Assembly (NCBI RefSeq): GCF_009914755.1
Contig: NC_060944.1
DNA length: 64,000 bases
Origin: the human T2T-CHM13v2.0 reference genome, Homo sapiens
Reading direction: 5' to 3' (one strand)
In this document: positions 39,101-52,291 of the stretch, piece by piece
Numbering within the stretch: position 1 is the first letter of the stretch
Layout of the letters: each line of letters begins with the position of its first letter
Made by a program: the position numbers and the translations under genes
The notes under the pieces: generated by a model
Told to the model about the DNA's origin: nothing
Database searches by the model: none
Seen by the model: only the letters and a program-made list of their open reading frames with translations

Positions 39101-39909
39101 CCACGTTTCCGTGGAGAGATTTCCTGTAGCCCGTGGCCCCGGCATCCACGTTTCCGTGGAGACTTTTCCTGTAGCCTGTGGCCCCGGCATCCACGTTTCC
39201 GTGGAGAGTTTCCTGTAGCACGTGGCTCCGGCATCCACGTTTCCGTGGAGACTTTTCCTGTAGCCCGTGGCCCCGGCATCCATGTTTCCGTGGAGAGTTT
39301 TCCTGTAGCACGTGGCTCCGGCATCCACGTTTCCGTGGAGAGTTTTCCTGTAGCCTGTGGCCCCGGCATCCACGTTTCCGTGGAGAGATTTCCTGTAGCC
39401 CGTGGCCCCGGCATCCACGTTTCCGTGGAGACTTTTCCTGTAGCCCGTGGCCCCGGCATCCATGTTTCCGTGGAGAGTTTTCCTGTGGCACGTGGCCCCG
39501 GCATCCACGTTTCCGTGGAGAGTTTTCCTGTAGCCCATGGCCCCGGCATCCACGTTTCCGTGGAGACTTTTCCTGTAGCCCGTGGCCCCGGCATCCACGT
39601 TTCCATGGAGACTTTTCCTGTAGCCTGTGGCCCCGGCATCCATGTTTCCGTGGAGAGTTTTCCTGTAGCACGTGGCTCCGGCATCCACGTTTCCGTGGAG
39701 AGTTTTCCTGTAGCCTGTGGCCCCGGCATCCACGTTTCCGTGGAGAGTTTTCCTGTGGCACGTGGCCCCGGCATCCACGTTTCTGTGGAGAGTTTTCCTG
39801 TGGCACGTGGCCCCGGCATCCACGTTTCCGTGGAGACTTTTCCTGTAGCCTGTGGCCCCGGCATCCACGTTTCCGTGGAGAGTTTTCCTGTGGCACGTGG
39901 CCCTGGCAT
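39101..39909. repeat. 45-bp CpG-rich VNTR, ~18 copies (CCACGTTTCCGTGGAGAGTTTTCCTGTAGCCCGTGGCCCCGGCAT)
   Basis: 45-bp period, seen as a 15-aa repeat in the ORF track; one unit is 44 bp. Confidence 0.97.
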
Positions 39910-42428
39910 GTTGTTTGGGTGCATGGGGACTTAATGTGCTGCTAGAGATGCTGATTGAGCAGAGCCTACAGACAGGAGAGCTTTGTCTGGGGTGGAGCCT
40001 ACTGAGCCCATGGGGCAGGGTTTGGCCATACACAGGCCCCAGTAGGGGACCAAGAGGGCCACAGGAGAAGAACTGGCATACCTTACTGGGCTTCTAGTAG
40101 TGATAGCCGTTTGCTGCCAAGACATTTCCTAGGAGAGGGAGGCTATCATGTCAAGGTTGAGCCGGGTCCTCAGGCCCTTGTAAAGGAGGGTCTACGCTTG
40201 GGGGTTTGTGGTTACTTGTGTGCTCTGTACCCAGGGGTATGGTGCACAGGTTTCACCGGGTGCCATTCTGCTCTTTTGCCCAGAGAAGCTCAGCGGCTTT
40301 GCTGCCTCAGGGAGGCAGGAGTGGCTCTTTGGAGGAGCAGTTGATCCCCGGGATGCTAGTGCTCTGCCTGAGCAGATGTGGGGCCTCAGGGCCTCAGGAC
40401 TTCAGAGCCCAGGGCTGACTGACCTAGGGACAGGAGTGTAAGGGATGTGGGCAACGAAGAATTCCACAGGGCTGTATTTCCAGACTCCCATGGGTGGGTG
40501 TGGGTGGAGAAGCCCCAGTGAGCTGGTTATCTCCCACCAAACAAAACTGGAGGTCCCTTTGCAGAGACTCTTGCAGTTCATGTCCACATGACTTCTCTGA
40601 GAAGCAGGAGAGACTCAGCGCAGAACTCAGGGGAGTCGCACTCGGGAGAGGCAGCGTCTCCTCTGGAGCACACAGACCTTATGTCCTTCCCTCCAGCTGT
40701 CAGCCAGACATGCCCCAGTTGTCTTGCATATATACATATGTAATGGTAACAAGGAATTCTGCTTGAGCCTTGCCAATCAGCCCAGTGAGCAGGTTTCTGC
40801 AGCATCTTGTCTCCTGGGATAGATACTCAGAAAGTGAACCCTGTGCACTTTGGGGCCTTGTCTCTCAGCTTCTGTTGACACATAAGAAAAGAGACACACA
40901 GAGGACCCCACGCCCCATCTTCAAAGTGTGAAGCACACTCCCCGGCTGATACGATTCTTGTCGATTCACTTACGGAATCTTCCAATATGCTTTTCCTCCC
41001 TATACCCCACATCCCTGTCACAGAGTTGAGAATTGGATTACCTGGTGGGCAGGTGGGCCCCAGTTAGAGGCCGCTCACACCGGCTCAGTGCAGATGACCA
41101 GTGGCAGATGGGAACCCAGGAGGCCTAGAGATCTTGGGTGATAGGGAAGCTCCCGCAGCTCCCTCCTCACTAGTCCAGGCACCGGAGCCTGCGGTGGGAG
41201 CCCTGTCATCTCAGCGACGGCCTGCGGGTGACTTACAGCTCAATGAGGGGAGGCACAGAGTAGGTGCACACAGTAGGTGCCGAATCTGAGTGGTTTTATT
41301 CGTTCCTCTGTAGACCTCGTATTAGGCTGTCTCCTTGACTACCAAATCTGCTTTCCTCTGTGTTTATGCTCTGGAAGGTAATCCGAAGCCCTTTAATGGG
41401 ATGGAAGCATTTCCAGATAAGAAGAGGGTGCTGTGGCCAGAGGCACAGGGCTGCCTGGGGCCAGGAGTGGCCAGAACCCTAGAGAAGAATTGCATTTGGG
41501 GATGCACATCAAAAACACGAGGAAAAGAAAGAAAGTGGGTGGGAATAGCGTGCCTTCGGCAGAATCCAAACTCACTTCCAAGGCAAAGCCAGGGCCCAAC
41601 ACGAGAATATTCATTTCCTGTTTCATTGTTGGTTACTTAATGACCTTCCTTTGAAATGCTGCAGTTATGTAGAAAGCAGGTTGTCATGGAAACGGGGAGT
41701 GACGTGCAGGGAATAGGTACACAATGCGTTTCTTTGTCATGTCCAGCTGATGCGTTCAGCCTCTGCTCAGACATGGGAATTTATGTGAGGAATTAAATAT
41801 TAACTGGAGGCATTGCCCTGGAGAGAGGCAGAAACACAGGGTGACAAAAGATGCTGGAAACCAGGGCAAAGAGCATGCTGGGGCCCCCGGGATCCTGCGG
41901 GAGGCAAAGCTGATTTGAGACCATGGGTGGATCTCACTTTCTTCAATCAATGGGCTCCAGAGAAGTCGTGCAAAACAATCTTCTTTTTCAAATGCATATG
42001 TACTGTGCATTCTTTTGAGGGGCAGAAGGATCTGGTTGTAATGCGAATAATTACTCATTAGTCAGCTCATTTTCAAAGTTGGAGGGGTGACATGCCAAGT
42101 TTTCTCAAGGTGGCTCTCAGCTGCCTTGTCCCAGCACTCTGCTGGCCGTGGTTGTCAGTGGGAACCAACACCTAGAGCTGGGACAACAGTGCAGGGGACT
42201 GCAGGAAGACTCCAGGGAGGCCCCAAGTCAGAGAGAAATTGTCTCTTGTTCCTGAAGCAGCCATGGAGCCATGACCTTGTCTGTTTCTCTGGTGGATTCC
42301 AGGAAATAGGCATTGAATATATGATGTTAAAAAAGTGCCTCAAGTTTCTCACTTTCTCCCCTTGAGCCAGCACGGCTGGCACCCACCAAGCTTTCCTTTT
42401 CTGACCTTGAACCTTTTTAAACCCTCAG

Positions 42429-42526
42429 AAAATGAGTTCCGAGGTGAGCTGTTAAATCAGAGGTGGACACACGGAGGCAAGGCCAGCAGCTGCAGGACCT
42501 CAAGACACCTGGGCAGACACTGCAAG
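42429..42526 (+). other. MYT1: MYT1 non-coding exon 2 (98 nt, 5'UTR), spliced directly to the ATG exon
   Basis: Branch-like CTGAC, a pyrimidine tract and acceptor CTCAG|AAAA at 42428/42429; donor AAG|GTGAGA at 42526/42527. The junction gives the Kozak context GCAAG|ATG. Confidence 0.8.
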
Positions 42527-42709
42527 GTGAGACGTGAGAGGGCAGCCCCTGTCGTAGGGCCCCACCCCATGGCTGCCTGCACAAAGCCTCTCTTCAGCTG
42601 CAGGCATGAAGCATGGAGGCGACTTTTGGTCTGATCCTCACCAGAGTCCGGGTTAGGTGAAGGGTAAATGGGGACTAGGATCAGCAATGATCCGGTCACT
42701 TTAAAATTA

Positions 42710-43396
<687 letters not shown>

Positions 43397-44149
43397 TCAC
43401 TTCCTTGCTTTGAGGTGTGACCACGTCTGGGCTCTGTGATAGGCCTGAGCAACTGTTCTCTATTCACCCTGCTTTTACCTGGCCAGGCTGAGAATCCCTA
43501 CAGGATCTGACAGCAGAGATTGCTGGCAGGAGCTTATGAAGTCTGTTGGCCTTGTTTTATTTCGATCTTCCTAAGGGGAGGCAGATGGTGCAAGCCCTTC
43601 TTATACCTTCCCAGGGTATAAGATCTCCCTTCGGGGACACTCCCGAACTGTGACATCACATGTGCTTACAGCCACTGTTCTCCACCACCAACCCTCTAAT
43701 TCTAGAACTTCCCACCAATACTCTCTGGATGAGGCCAGGTCCCCAGGGTCAGGTGACCCTCACAGCTGGAAGTAGAGGCTGACAATAGGCTTAGGCTGAA
43801 GCCCTTCCCAGAGATCCGATTCTGACCTCTCTTTTTTCTTTTTTGCATGTAGATGCTCTCCAGCAAGGATCCAGCTGTGACTCAGGGCATGGCTCAAGGA
43901 CAGTGATGGCGTAGGGTGTAGGCAAGGAGGGCTATGCAGTTGTAGTGGGAACTTCATTTGGGGGTGCTTGTGTTTTACTCTCAAAACCCAACCTTTTTCT
44001 TTTGAATCTGGTGGCGAGAATGTACATTTTAATGGGTCTGTTATAGACAACTTGCTGAGCACCTCCGCTCATATTTTGGCTCCCGCAGGATTATCAGTGC
44101 TCTGCTGATCCATGTTGGAGCCTGGGGCACAAGGAAGAGTCAGTAATAT

Positions 44150-44295
44150 GGATCCTGTCTTTATTTAAGGTTTTGGTATCTTGTTTATTAGGGGTTTTTT
44201 GCATCATGTTGATGTTTCTAAATATTGAATTAAAATATTATTTATCTTGATCATTGAGTTTTTGGCCTCATTCCCCTCACCCTACCCCAGATCCT
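44150..44295. mobile_element. Probable hAT-type MER DNA transposon fragment
   Basis: AT-rich island (TTAAAATATTATTTATCTTGATCATTGAGTTTTTGGC...CCTCACCCTA) resembling non-autonomous hAT elements; the family is not determined. Confidence 0.45.
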
Positions 44296-44938
44296 GAGGA
44301 TTCACATAGCGCTGTACTGGCATGAGATCATGTGAGCATGAACGTTACTTGACTTGAGGCCAGGGGCTCTGCATGCAGCGTTATCTACAAATGTCTGGTG
44401 CCATGTCAGGGGTGGGTCGGAAGACTTTTGTCTCCCCCTGGCCCAGACATGACAAACTCAGAGAGTTTGGGACCTACCATGACAACCCATGGCTGTTCAA
44501 AGTGCTGCTTCTGTGAACAAAGCCAGGGACCCGTGCCCAGGTTCTCGTGGCATCACCAGCTCTTTCATCACTGCTCTGTTTGAGGGTCATTTCCCTTCTT
44601 TTCTTGCAGATAGGGCCGAGTGACTGCTCTGAATAGAGAAGCTAAGATGAAAAGTGTGCCAGAGAAGGCGAGAGGATGAGAAAGGGTCGACTGCCTAGAG
44701 GACAGTGGGGCAGCAGGTGCAAGTAGAATCTCCTGACTAAGAGGCTGAGGAGGGTGGCAGCAGAGGGCATAAGCCGTGGTCACAGTGTGAGAATGTCACA
44801 CAGCCACAGCAGCATCGGGGTCAGCCTTCCAGAGGCTGGCTTCGGACAGGAGATGGGTGGTGAGGAGCCAGCATGGGAGGGCAGTGAACACACAAACCCT
44901 GTGCATGGGACCGTGACAGCCTGCGGCGTGCCTCTGAG

Positions 44939-44964
44939 TTCAGCACCAGGCATGTGGACAGCTC
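44939..44964 (+). promoter_or_regulatory. Non-canonical (expanded spacer) RE1/REST site in intron 2
   Basis: Perfect left half TTCAGCACC, an 8-bp spacer, then right half GGACAGCTC. Confidence 0.5.
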
Positions 44965-47214
44965 AGGACCGGTTGGAAGGGGCTGCCAGAAGTCAGGTGG
45001 TCGTGTGTCGGGGTATGCAGGAGCTGATGGTAGCTCCTCAACCCCCTTCTTGCCAAATATTCAGAGATATGGAATCAAGGAAAAGATCAGTTGCATGGCC
45101 ATTCAGCCAACCCTTCTTCCTGCCACCCAGGGCAGGAGGTGCCTCTGGCAAGGACTACTGGACAGAGGCTCCTGCAAGGGAAGGAGCTGCCACTGGGTAT
45201 GGCCCTTCTGGCCTCTCTTTATGTTGTTGGATTCTACCCTGGGTGGGTATAAATTCCATTTATGCTGGAGTTTTTAACAGACGGTTGCAGATATGGCTGC
45301 TTCATCAGGGTATCCATTATGTAGCTCTAATTTTTGATTTGGGAATGAAGTGAGCCAGTATCCCATGCTTAGAGCTGTCAAGAGAACCCCTTCTCAGACA
45401 TGTGTTAAATAATGCCCCATGGAGGTGTCCTTTCTATACCCCAAGGAGGAGGCTGGTCTATTCTGCTGAATTTGTTGGGAGAATTTCAGAATTTCAGACA
45501 TGCAACAGGACATCACCCAATGTGAGGACAGAACTATCTCTGCAAGGAACCAAGGGTACTGTGATGGCTGCCAGTGGGGATCAGGGGTGAGGGCATATGG
45601 TTTAGCCTCAGAGATCAAGAGAGTGGAAAGCAGGATGTGTGCTGAGGTCACCGACTTTCTATATCTGTTCTGTGGGCTGAGCTGGCAGGCAGGTCCATGC
45701 ACCAAAGAAAGGGAAGGGGAGGGCTGTGGATGCAGCAGAAGATCCTCCTGGGATACTCGGGAGGGGAGCAACACAAATGCTTGAATGCTGCTCTTAGATC
45801 GTTGAGTGGGAGCTTGGATCTTCCACAATACTGTCTGCTGTAATGGCTTCACAGCAGTGACAGGGAAGTTGATGCTGCCCTCAGTACATAAATGAGAGAA
45901 GAAAACAGGCCAGACCATGGCTCTGTCTTTCTCCCCTCCCCTCACTGCAGAGAAGTGAGACTGAATGTGGTGTGAGGTACTGCTGGAGCCAGGCAGGGTA
46001 GGGGACAGCCAGTTTCTGGCCACCTCCTCACCCCCCACTCTTCACTGGCCCCTTCCTTCTGGGAAGTGGCTGCCTATGGTCCGCTGGGACTCAGCAGGTG
46101 CTCTTCCTCTTCTTCTAGGTCTCTGGGAGGAAAACCATTATGCAAGAGGCTCAACCGTCCCACCGAGACACTATAACCTATGTAATTTTATGGATTTTTA
46201 AAGAATAGTTGTAAGTCCATTCTAATTCTCCAGATTTGCTGGCTGTCAGAACACATTTTAAATAAAATAAAACACTACCGTGTCTCCTTCTCTGGCCCAG
46301 CGCTGGGGTGAATGGCCCCCGTGGTGTCAGAATGCCCGGAACCCCCCAGCTCAGCGTTCCCACATATGGCCTCTCTGCAGCCCCTCTGACCACGGCTCTC
46401 CACACACCCCAGCCCCAGGGTTTCAGAGATGTTTCTGACTGTCCCCATTTATTCATTCATCCACCTGTCCATCCACCCATCCTTAAATGACATGCACTAA
46501 GCAGCTGTCTGGAGGAGAGACAATGACCTTACAACCATGAATGAATGAGCTCATTTCAGATTGAGATGAGGACTGTGAGGGAAACAAACAGGCACAAGGT
46601 GGAGACTGAGAGGAGCTGGGAAGAGGCAGGGTGCTGGCCACCTAAGAATGCTCCCAGCTCTACCTCTGGAGTGCCTCCCACCCCAGATGTCCTCAGGTCA
46701 CTGATCCATTCACCCTCCCCATCCCTACCTGGCTCTCAACCCTTAGCAGAGCTCTCTGTTTCTTGAACTCTCCCCTGAGCACTCCCTGCCTCCCTGGGGT
46801 GATGTACAAATCTTGGAATGCCAGGCTGGTGCCCCTCAGGGCCAGAACAGCTCCTGCTGGGGCCAGGACACCCTCCTGCTGGGGCCAGGCTTCAGCCAGG
46901 ATTCTGTCCTTTGACTGGCCCTGGGCCATTGGTGCAGAAGGGATGTGATGGGGGTTGAGGGAGGAAGCTGTTCAGCTCTGAGGGCCCTGTCCTGGGAGGA
47001 AGCATGAAAAAGGAATGAAAGAGGCAGAGAGAGACAGAGAGGGAGTCCGTGAGTGAGTGAGGAGAAATGGGTAACCCTGAGCTGGGGCCCGGGAAGGAGT
47101 GGGGAGACGCAGCCTCTGGGGGCAAAGGTGGAAGTTGGCACAAAGCCCGTTGGGCTTCATGGAAAATCTCCAACCCTGATATCTTTGGAAGCTGAGTCTA
47201 CCATTTCCCCTTAG

Positions 47215-47625
<411 letters not shown>

Positions 47626-47716
47626 TAAACACCCAACTCAGGGCACTCTGTTTTGGCCAGGCCAGCATGCAGATGAGTCTGGAAAAGGGGCTGGTCTTCG
47701 TACCATGTCATGGTGA

Positions 47717-48063
<347 letters not shown>

Positions 48064-50371
48064 AGAACCATGTATATTTTCAAAAGAGCTTACATGATTA
48101 ATCCTGACTTTACTAAACAGAAATATAAAACAGAACAAAGCAAAAACACACTTTTGAGGAGACTGCTTTTATATGGCACTAAGAAAGCAAGTTAAATGGA
48201 TGGACAAAGAGACAGTTCTCTTGGGTTAATTTGGCAATATACAATGTATTTGCATTTATGAATTATTCTCCTCCCCACAGTTTTCATGGTTTTCCTATCG
48301 AAGGCAGAACTATTGAAATATTAATTAGAGCCTCAAGACATGCTCGCAGTGGCAGAATGAAGCTGGCATTTGGAGAAACAGAGCAGACGTTCTTGAGAAA
48401 GGTTGCCGGCCCAGCAGTAAGAGTGGGTGATGGGGTCGTTCTGCCTTTTCACTCTCAAGGGGAGAGGTCACCGGGCTATCTGTGGGTTGCGCAAAAAAGG
48501 GACCTGGTTGGCTTGTGTTTGGAACAAGTAAAGTGTGTTTTAAAAATCAATGAAAAATTGAGAAGTGTTTAATTTTCTTTGCATCATTGAGCTGCCCTTT
48601 AGGGCCCAGCTGTCATTGTGTGGTGGGGGCAGAAGGTCTGGGGGGCTGCCGTCCAGGGATCACCAAGGTGAGCCTGGGTGGTGCTGGGCACAGGGCCGCC
48701 CCCAGCACCCGCTCTCCATCTACCACATCGTGGTGCCGATCTTGCGGCAGGAGGAGAGCAGAGAACTCACCTCTGAAGTGCTTTGACTTCTTTCGAAAAG
48801 AAAAGTGATGTAAATCAAGCAGTGCTGGTTTTGTCCAGATGCTTTCGCGTCAGCCGGCACTGCTGATTTCAAATAGCTCAGAAACCAGTGTCCCAAGTCA
48901 CCCAGCTCTTACGGGTTCATTCTCGTATTAAAGAGCCTGGTTTATTTTTTCTTCGGTAGTTCAGTTTTTTTCCCTTTAAAAATCAAAGCTACACGCTCCT
49001 AAGAGAACTTCTCGCTTATTGACCAGTCAATGCAGATAAATTGCAAATGGTAAAAAGGTGCTCAGCAGAAGGAGCGGCAGAGCTGTCAGCTTCATCAACG
49101 GGAGCTCACAGTTTTCAAGCAGTGCCCATTACACATCCCTGCAACCCTCTCTATTCTCTGCTCTTTGAATAATTTATCTGCAGGAAATCCAAATTGCCAA
49201 GGCACGCTTTAACCTAGCAGAATGCTTGCCAATATCCTTGGGAAAACTGGCAATAAATAAATAAATAAATAAAGCCGTAGATTGCATTTCAGCTGAGTGC
49301 AGGCACCGCACAAGTCCCATTGTACGTCCTGCATCGGAAGGCATTGCACACGGGCTCAGAGCAGACGACATTTGAAGGCTCATAAATGTAATGAAGTCCC
49401 TGTGACACCTGCTCCTCTATTCACTTTAAATGTGAGCCATTTGTCCATGGGGAACCTCCGCTTTAAAAATAGAAATTGTAGTAATTGTCTTCCGTTCTAT
49501 TGGAAGGCTGTAATAAACGCACGGCTCACAGCACTGTGCTCCACAGCCTGGAGTCGGCAGGTTGCATAAATTACCCAGGTTTTGATTTTTCTTCCTTAAC
49601 AAATCACATACATCATTGTATGTTAGTGCTGCTGCATGGGGGAGGTTCAATTTGCAAATTTCATCTTACTAATTGGGGGAATTCCTTTTTCTTTCTTCCC
49701 AGGTGGTTCTGTAGACATTTGTCTCTTTTTCTGGCTTTCAGGAGCAAAAGCCCCATTTAAGACGTGGGGGCTTCTGAGCCCCCTCCTGCTGCCTCTCTTC
49801 CTTTCTTCTGCTACTTCTTTCCACTCCCCTGCTTTCCCTTTGACTACCTCACGCATAGAGCCCTGGCAGCTCTGGTGTCTGTGGCCTGGGACAGGTGTGG
49901 ATTTGCTGCCTCCCCTTCCTGACCACAGGTGATGGTGGTGGAGTCCAGTGCTCTCCTCTTGGGCCTCCCCTGTCCGGCTAGAGGTGCCCTCCCCCGCCTG
50001 GTGTGGCTCCCCGGGAAGGATGTTTTGCATAGCATGGAGTGTGTAGGATTTACTTGCCTGCCCAGATTTGTCATGAGTGACACAGGACAAGGATGCTGTG
50101 TGTGACCCTCACCACTGCCCCACATGTCCTTTCTGTGATTGTCACCCTCCTGGGGGCTCCCCCATGACTCCCTCGCCGGACAATGCTGTGGGCAGTGTCC
50201 CCACAGAGGGTGGTCAGATTCAAGGATCACAGGTGGGGAGGGACACCGATAGGCTCAGGCAAGGCAGCCAGGCCCTCGAGGCCTGGAGAACATATGGGCT
50301 GGGGCCGCTCCAGGTTGCCTGTTTCTCACGGGATGACCCTGGTGCGTGAGGGGCATTAAAGCCTTCTGCTG

Positions 50372-50815
<444 letters not shown>

Positions 50816-51230
50816 TCAGCACCTGCCTGACCAGGTGAGCAGTGGGTGCTGCTCTGTGTCGGGCCAGGAGACCCTCTTGGATAACATACGGACATTCATC
50901 AGGCTTCAGTGGCGCAGGGCCCATGCCTCAGCACTTGTTGGCAGGTGCAAACCTGGGGGCACGGTGCACTGTACCCTCCTTGCCAAGGCCGGGGACATGC
51001 TGATGGGACACTTCCAAGCCTTGTAGAAGGTCCTTTCTCTACACCCTCCCACCTGCTGCTCCTGGCCCCAGGCCTTTCTTGTCCTGTGAGCCCATCCTTG
51101 TCATTCTGTGCCCAAAATCACCTTTGCTGTCAAAGCTTGAGCCAGAAAATGGCCAGACATTCCTGATGGCTCTGTACTCCAGAGGCACTGGCTGGGTTTT
51201 CTTGTTAACGTCGTGGTTTTTTGCTTGCAG

Positions 51231-51285
51231 ATGAGCTTAGAAAATGAAGACAAGCGAGCTCGCACCCGATCCAAGGCCCTGCGAG
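51231..51285 (+). CDS. MYT1: MYT1 first coding exon (MSLENEDKRARTRSKALRG)
   Basis: Acceptor TTGCAG|ATG and donor GAG|GTGAGT; 55 nt. The translation matches the known MYT1 N-terminus. Confidence 0.96.
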
Positions 51286-52260
51286 GTGAGTGCCGCCCTC
51301 CCCTCCTCCAGGGCTGTAAATGCCACTTTCCTCCGCGGTCTTCCTCAGGAGCACAAACCCCTAACCACACATGTGCAGAGATGCCCTGGGGACCTCAGGC
51401 CTCTTCAGCCTCATTCATCCTCAGGGCTGCTGAGCTTTGAAGCTGGCATCTAAGAGGGCTGCTGAGGGGCCTTTGGCCCAGATGAACCTGCCTTGAGGGC
51501 AGAAATGTTGAGGTAGACCCAGCTCCATGGAGTGGGAGTAGCAAGGCTCAGTTACGAGACCATTCTGTTTGGAAATGAGAGGCCGCCAGCCTTCCACCGC
51601 CAGCCCCCTTCCTTCCCAGGCGATCAGTCTTGGTGCTAATGGGGCATAGGAGGTTGTTGGGTTGAGCTGGAAGTGCAGTGGGAGGAGAGGAGGCTGACTC
51701 TGTTAGGATCTGAGCCCCAACCCCTGGCCAGACTTACCTCCCTGATACGGGCGGGGGCTTCCTCTTGTGCCCAAGCATCTCAGGTGTGCCTGCCCCGGTC
51801 AGAGCCCCGTGCATCTTGGCAGCCATCACTGAAGGACCAGTAACTCGGTCCAGTTGTTCTCTTCTCTGTCCAGCTTGATCTGGTGGTTTGTGTTTCCTGC
51901 CAAAAGCTGACTTCTATCTGCAATTAGAGAAAGAGATACCATCCCTGGCCCTGAGGTCCCAGAGATCCTGTCTGAGGTGGAGCATCTGTCCCACTTTGTA
52001 AAACTGCCAGGCTGCTCAGGGGAGCTTCTGCGGCGAGCACCAGGCTTGGGGGAGCAGCTCACTCTGTTGACCTTGGAGGACTCTCTGGGAGGTCAGGAAA
52101 GGGTGAGCGCCCTGGGGAAACGGCTCAGGTCTCACTGAGATTTGCCTCCACTCGTCCTTGGCAAACCTCTCGGCTGTTTAACTTAGTTTATGCTGTTAGG
52201 GCAATGAGCCTTTAAAATCACAATTCCCACATGTTTTCCCTGTTTCTGTCTTTTTCCCAG

Positions 52261-52291
52261 GACCCCCAGAGACCACAGCTGCAGACCTCAG
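52261..52291 (+). CDS. MYT1: MYT1 coding exon, 31 nt (GPPETTAADLS)
   Basis: Long pyrimidine tract, TTCCCAG|GA and donor CAG|GTAAGG; the frame is continuous with both neighbours. Confidence 0.95.

Noticed and set aside
38882-40033. 229-383 aa ORFs with a 15-aa periodicity
   Set aside because: They come from the 45-bp VNTR (a multiple of 3, few stops) and are open on both strands at once.
44500-46150. Possible ERVL-like internal remnant or independent gene (199- and 214-aa ORFs)
   Set aside because: The peptides have no recognisable domain, and the repeat similarity is too faint to assign by eye.
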